This document shows, piece by piece, positions 61,102 to 64,000 of a DNA stretch of 64,000 bases; within the stretch, counting starts at the first letter, position 1; each line of letters starts with the position of its first letter. The notes under the pieces were generated by a model. The model worked only from the letters and a program-made list of their open reading frames with translations. It had not been told where the DNA came from and made no database searches. The stretch is from the NCBI GenBank assembly GCA_965153285.1, contig OZ229110.1; one strand, written 5' to 3'. The DNA is from Podarcis tiliguerta (taxonomy: Eukaryota). Position numbers and translations under genes: made by a program.

Positions 61102-63406
61102 TTTGTTCACCCAGCCACTTTGTTCATAGATTGAAAATGCCCTACCCACATGGAAATACCAGCTCCATTTTTGTGACTAACATATTGTATGGCATAATAT
61201 ACTTGTATACAAACAAGTATGTGAGTTTAGTCTTAAGGTGTCTGGGTACAGAGTATGGCAGCAGGACTCCCTTATCTTTAATTGCTGGGTAGGAGAGGGA
61301 ATTTTGATGACTGCATAGTTTTTCAGGGCTGAGGAAAGTTGTGTTTACTGAGGGCCAAACTACCAACAGCCAGGGTCATTGCTATATGCTTAAAAGATTT
61401 GAGGCACCAAGCATGTGGGGTAGGAGGGCTTTAACTCTCACCCTTCCTGACACTATTGTGGTCCTGATCCAGATTGGACTTCTTTGTGTACATTTTCTGT
61501 TGCAAAAAAAGACCCATCAAATTGAATGGGACCCTTCTTGCAATGTATATTGCAAGTATGGGATCCCTAATCTGCATTAGGATCCCAGTGGCAAAGAGTT
61601 AAGGGATCCAGCCCCCAATACTAACAATGTGGTGTGGGGAGATTGTGATTTTGTATACAAGGGCAGAACTATGCCATCAGGGGCACATGCAGTTTGGCTC
61701 TGAAATTCCATCTTCTACACAATTAATAAAGATAAAGAAGTTGTGTTTTCCTTTGTGCATCACTGCTCTTCCCATAAAACATTCTGTTACAGTAGTGAGG
61801 GTGTTGTTTGACTCTTAAGTAGTAATCCAATATTCTGCTACGTGAATCGTCCTTAAGAAATCATGAACACCTTCCCTCCCCATTGCCTTCTTATTCTAAC
61901 TTACAGCAAAGTTATTTCCAAAACCAAAATGCTTCAGTTTATCCAGTGCTAGCTATATTCTTTCAAAAACTTTCAGAATTCTAATTGTTCTGTGGAACTG
62001 AAAAGTAACATTGCCCTCTTCATAGTATATCAATATTTGAATGGCATAGGGAATGGAATTTGTGTTGAACATGAAAGAAGAGAAAAATATTTCAGATGGG
62101 TTCAGGATCATGTGCTTTACTTCAGTTTTTAATGTTTCTCTCTTTTTAATCCTACCATATCTGCAAGTTGATATTTCCTGCCACATTATTTAAGATATAC
62201 AGTCCTACAGGCACATGAGCACAGCCAAGTTAGCTTTGAACTCACACTTCTGATTTTAATGCACACACAATAAAGTAACAAAAAATGCCTGGAGGAAAGA
62301 TAGGGGTTTTTTTTAATAAAAAAAAAGAAACACTTTAAAATATGATTTTGAACACCCAGGAGCTGTTTCTAAAAGGAATTATGCTTTCTGAACCAGTTCC
62401 TGTTTATTTGGAAAAGTTATTTCAATTATACATTGGATTAAGGCAATCGAGGCAATTATTGCTGATCACATTTTTAAAAAACGTGCCTATCCAGAAATGA
62501 ATTCATTTATTCTCAGATATTTCTAAGTCACTTTTCAAGACTATTGCCTTCCAAAGGTGGCTTATGCTAATGACAAATATAAGATTACATTAAAATGTAC
62601 AATGCAAATCACAATAGTACAACCATTTTAAAAACGTCCAGAGATTAAAATGCAATCAATGACGATAACAACCTCAGCAGCAGCCTATATACTAAAATAT
62701 TTCTTCAATCAAAAGCCAAGAGAAACAGATGAATTTTCCTCTTTAAAAACCTCAACTGAACCAGACAGCTGTTTATCTTTCAGAAGAAAATTCCAAATGG
62801 TTGGAGCCATCACTGAGAAAGCCCTATTACTCAGGCCTACAACTATAATTTTGTTTGTTTATTAAAATGTTTGTTTACAAATACTTCAGAAAACCACACA
62901 AAGTGATTATATAAAATCATACAGTAAATTTATATTATTAAAATCAAAATTAAAATCAAACTTCACTTAACTATTGTGGAAAGTTGTAATCGTAACTGCC
63001 TGCCTAGGTCTGGTGGCATAGAAAAAACATTTTCAGGAGGTGTCTAAAAGTTGAAACAGGAGGCACCTACTGAATATCTATTGACAAAGCATTCCACAAA
63101 ACTGGACTGATCATACTAAAGGCTCTACTGTTGTCAAATGAGCCCCTCTAACTCATGGAACAACCAACAACACTGATGATCTTAGTGACTGAGCTAGGAT
63201 ATAAGGGTGCAGGTGGCTCCCGAGGAACCGCTGGATCCATATGTAGAGTATCTGAAGCTAATCTTAAAACATGGGTTAAATGGGCAGTTCTGTAAATCAC
63301 ATTGACACAAATCTTGTTGAGCCTTAAAGGTCAACAACAATGAGTTAAGCCCAGAAATTCACTTGCAACCAGGACAACTGGCACACTTTGGGGGAGGGCT
63401 GTAGCT

Positions 63407-63451
63407 TAGGGTTGCCATATTTCAAAAAGTAAAAACCAGAACACCCTAAAA
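63407..63451. mobile_element. One-ended fragment of the 43323 MITE family
   Basis: tagggttgccatatttcaaaaagtaaaaaccagaacaccc is the reverse complement of 43427-43466 with one mismatch. Confidence 0.75.
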
Positions 63452-64000
63452 GTAGCTAAGAGAGTGGGATCAGTTGTCCTACTTTGTATAGACAAAAGTG
63501 GACTAGGTGGATCTGTGACCACTTCTTGTGTGCAATGTTTGAACAAAACCTAAAGCAGCACAGCTTAATTGAGTCATGTTGAACTACTTCAGCATGAGTT
63601 ATTGAGAATCCAAGGCAGAACACATTTCTTCAAATGCTATTAGAAAGCTTATGTTGTTCTCAGTTATTCAGTTTCTATAACAGCGGTGCATCAGCAGAAA
63701 GCACAGGGTTTTGTGGCTCAGGCTGTGTTGCCTATCAATCCACCTATGTTGTGGGGGAAACTGAACTAAAATTTGAAGCCCATCTGGAGGTGCTTACTTT
63801 GACCAAAATATTTGCAGGATTTTAAGAGAAGCTTAAAAATGTTTCACTAACTAATAAGACTTCTTGAGGAGAGGAGCGGTTTCATGCATCCCTACCTAAT
63901 GCCAAGTTTGCCTAAAGTAGAACTGAGGTAAATCTGGAGGTTTCTGCTTAGGCAAAACATCAAAAGAATTTCAAGTGATGAAGGTATGTCTCAGAGCTGT

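Overview
Vertebrate genomic DNA, AT-rich and CpG-depleted. The SINE and MITE content (Sauria/Squam1, Squam2, Squam3) points to a squamate, most likely a lacertid lizard. The window appears to hold the 5' end of NCKAP5 on the + strand. One short coding exon (CDS 53843-53911, MDKKQHLVKKEFSKRFSLDSTLM) aligns without gaps to the recalled human N-terminus MEGKRQLEKRDFGKRLSLDSSLV. Upstream are candidate promoter/5'UTR exons at ~1.9-2.5 kb, ~34.4-34.9 kb and ~43.0 kb. The rest is intron filled with transposable elements: seven TA-flanked Tc1/mariner (Tigger-like) MITEs, one Tc2/pogo-like MITE, several hAT MITEs with 8-bp TSDs (two nested in other elements), an internally deleted hAT-Charlie-type transposon, 5'-truncated L2, CR1 and RTE-X-like LINEs, SINEs and microsatellites. 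Almost all ORFs in the supplied track are chance ORFs or TE fragments. I found no prokaryotic-type system, CRISPR array or true RNA gene, and nothing I can defend as a new biological system. The best leads are uORF/stop architecture in the NCKAP5 leader, inverted MITE pairs around a candidate UTR exon, a TE-borne CTCF motif, a MITE carrying telomeric repeats, two one-ended MITE duplications and a perfect 32-bp palindrome. Gene and TE family names are from memory, not database searches.
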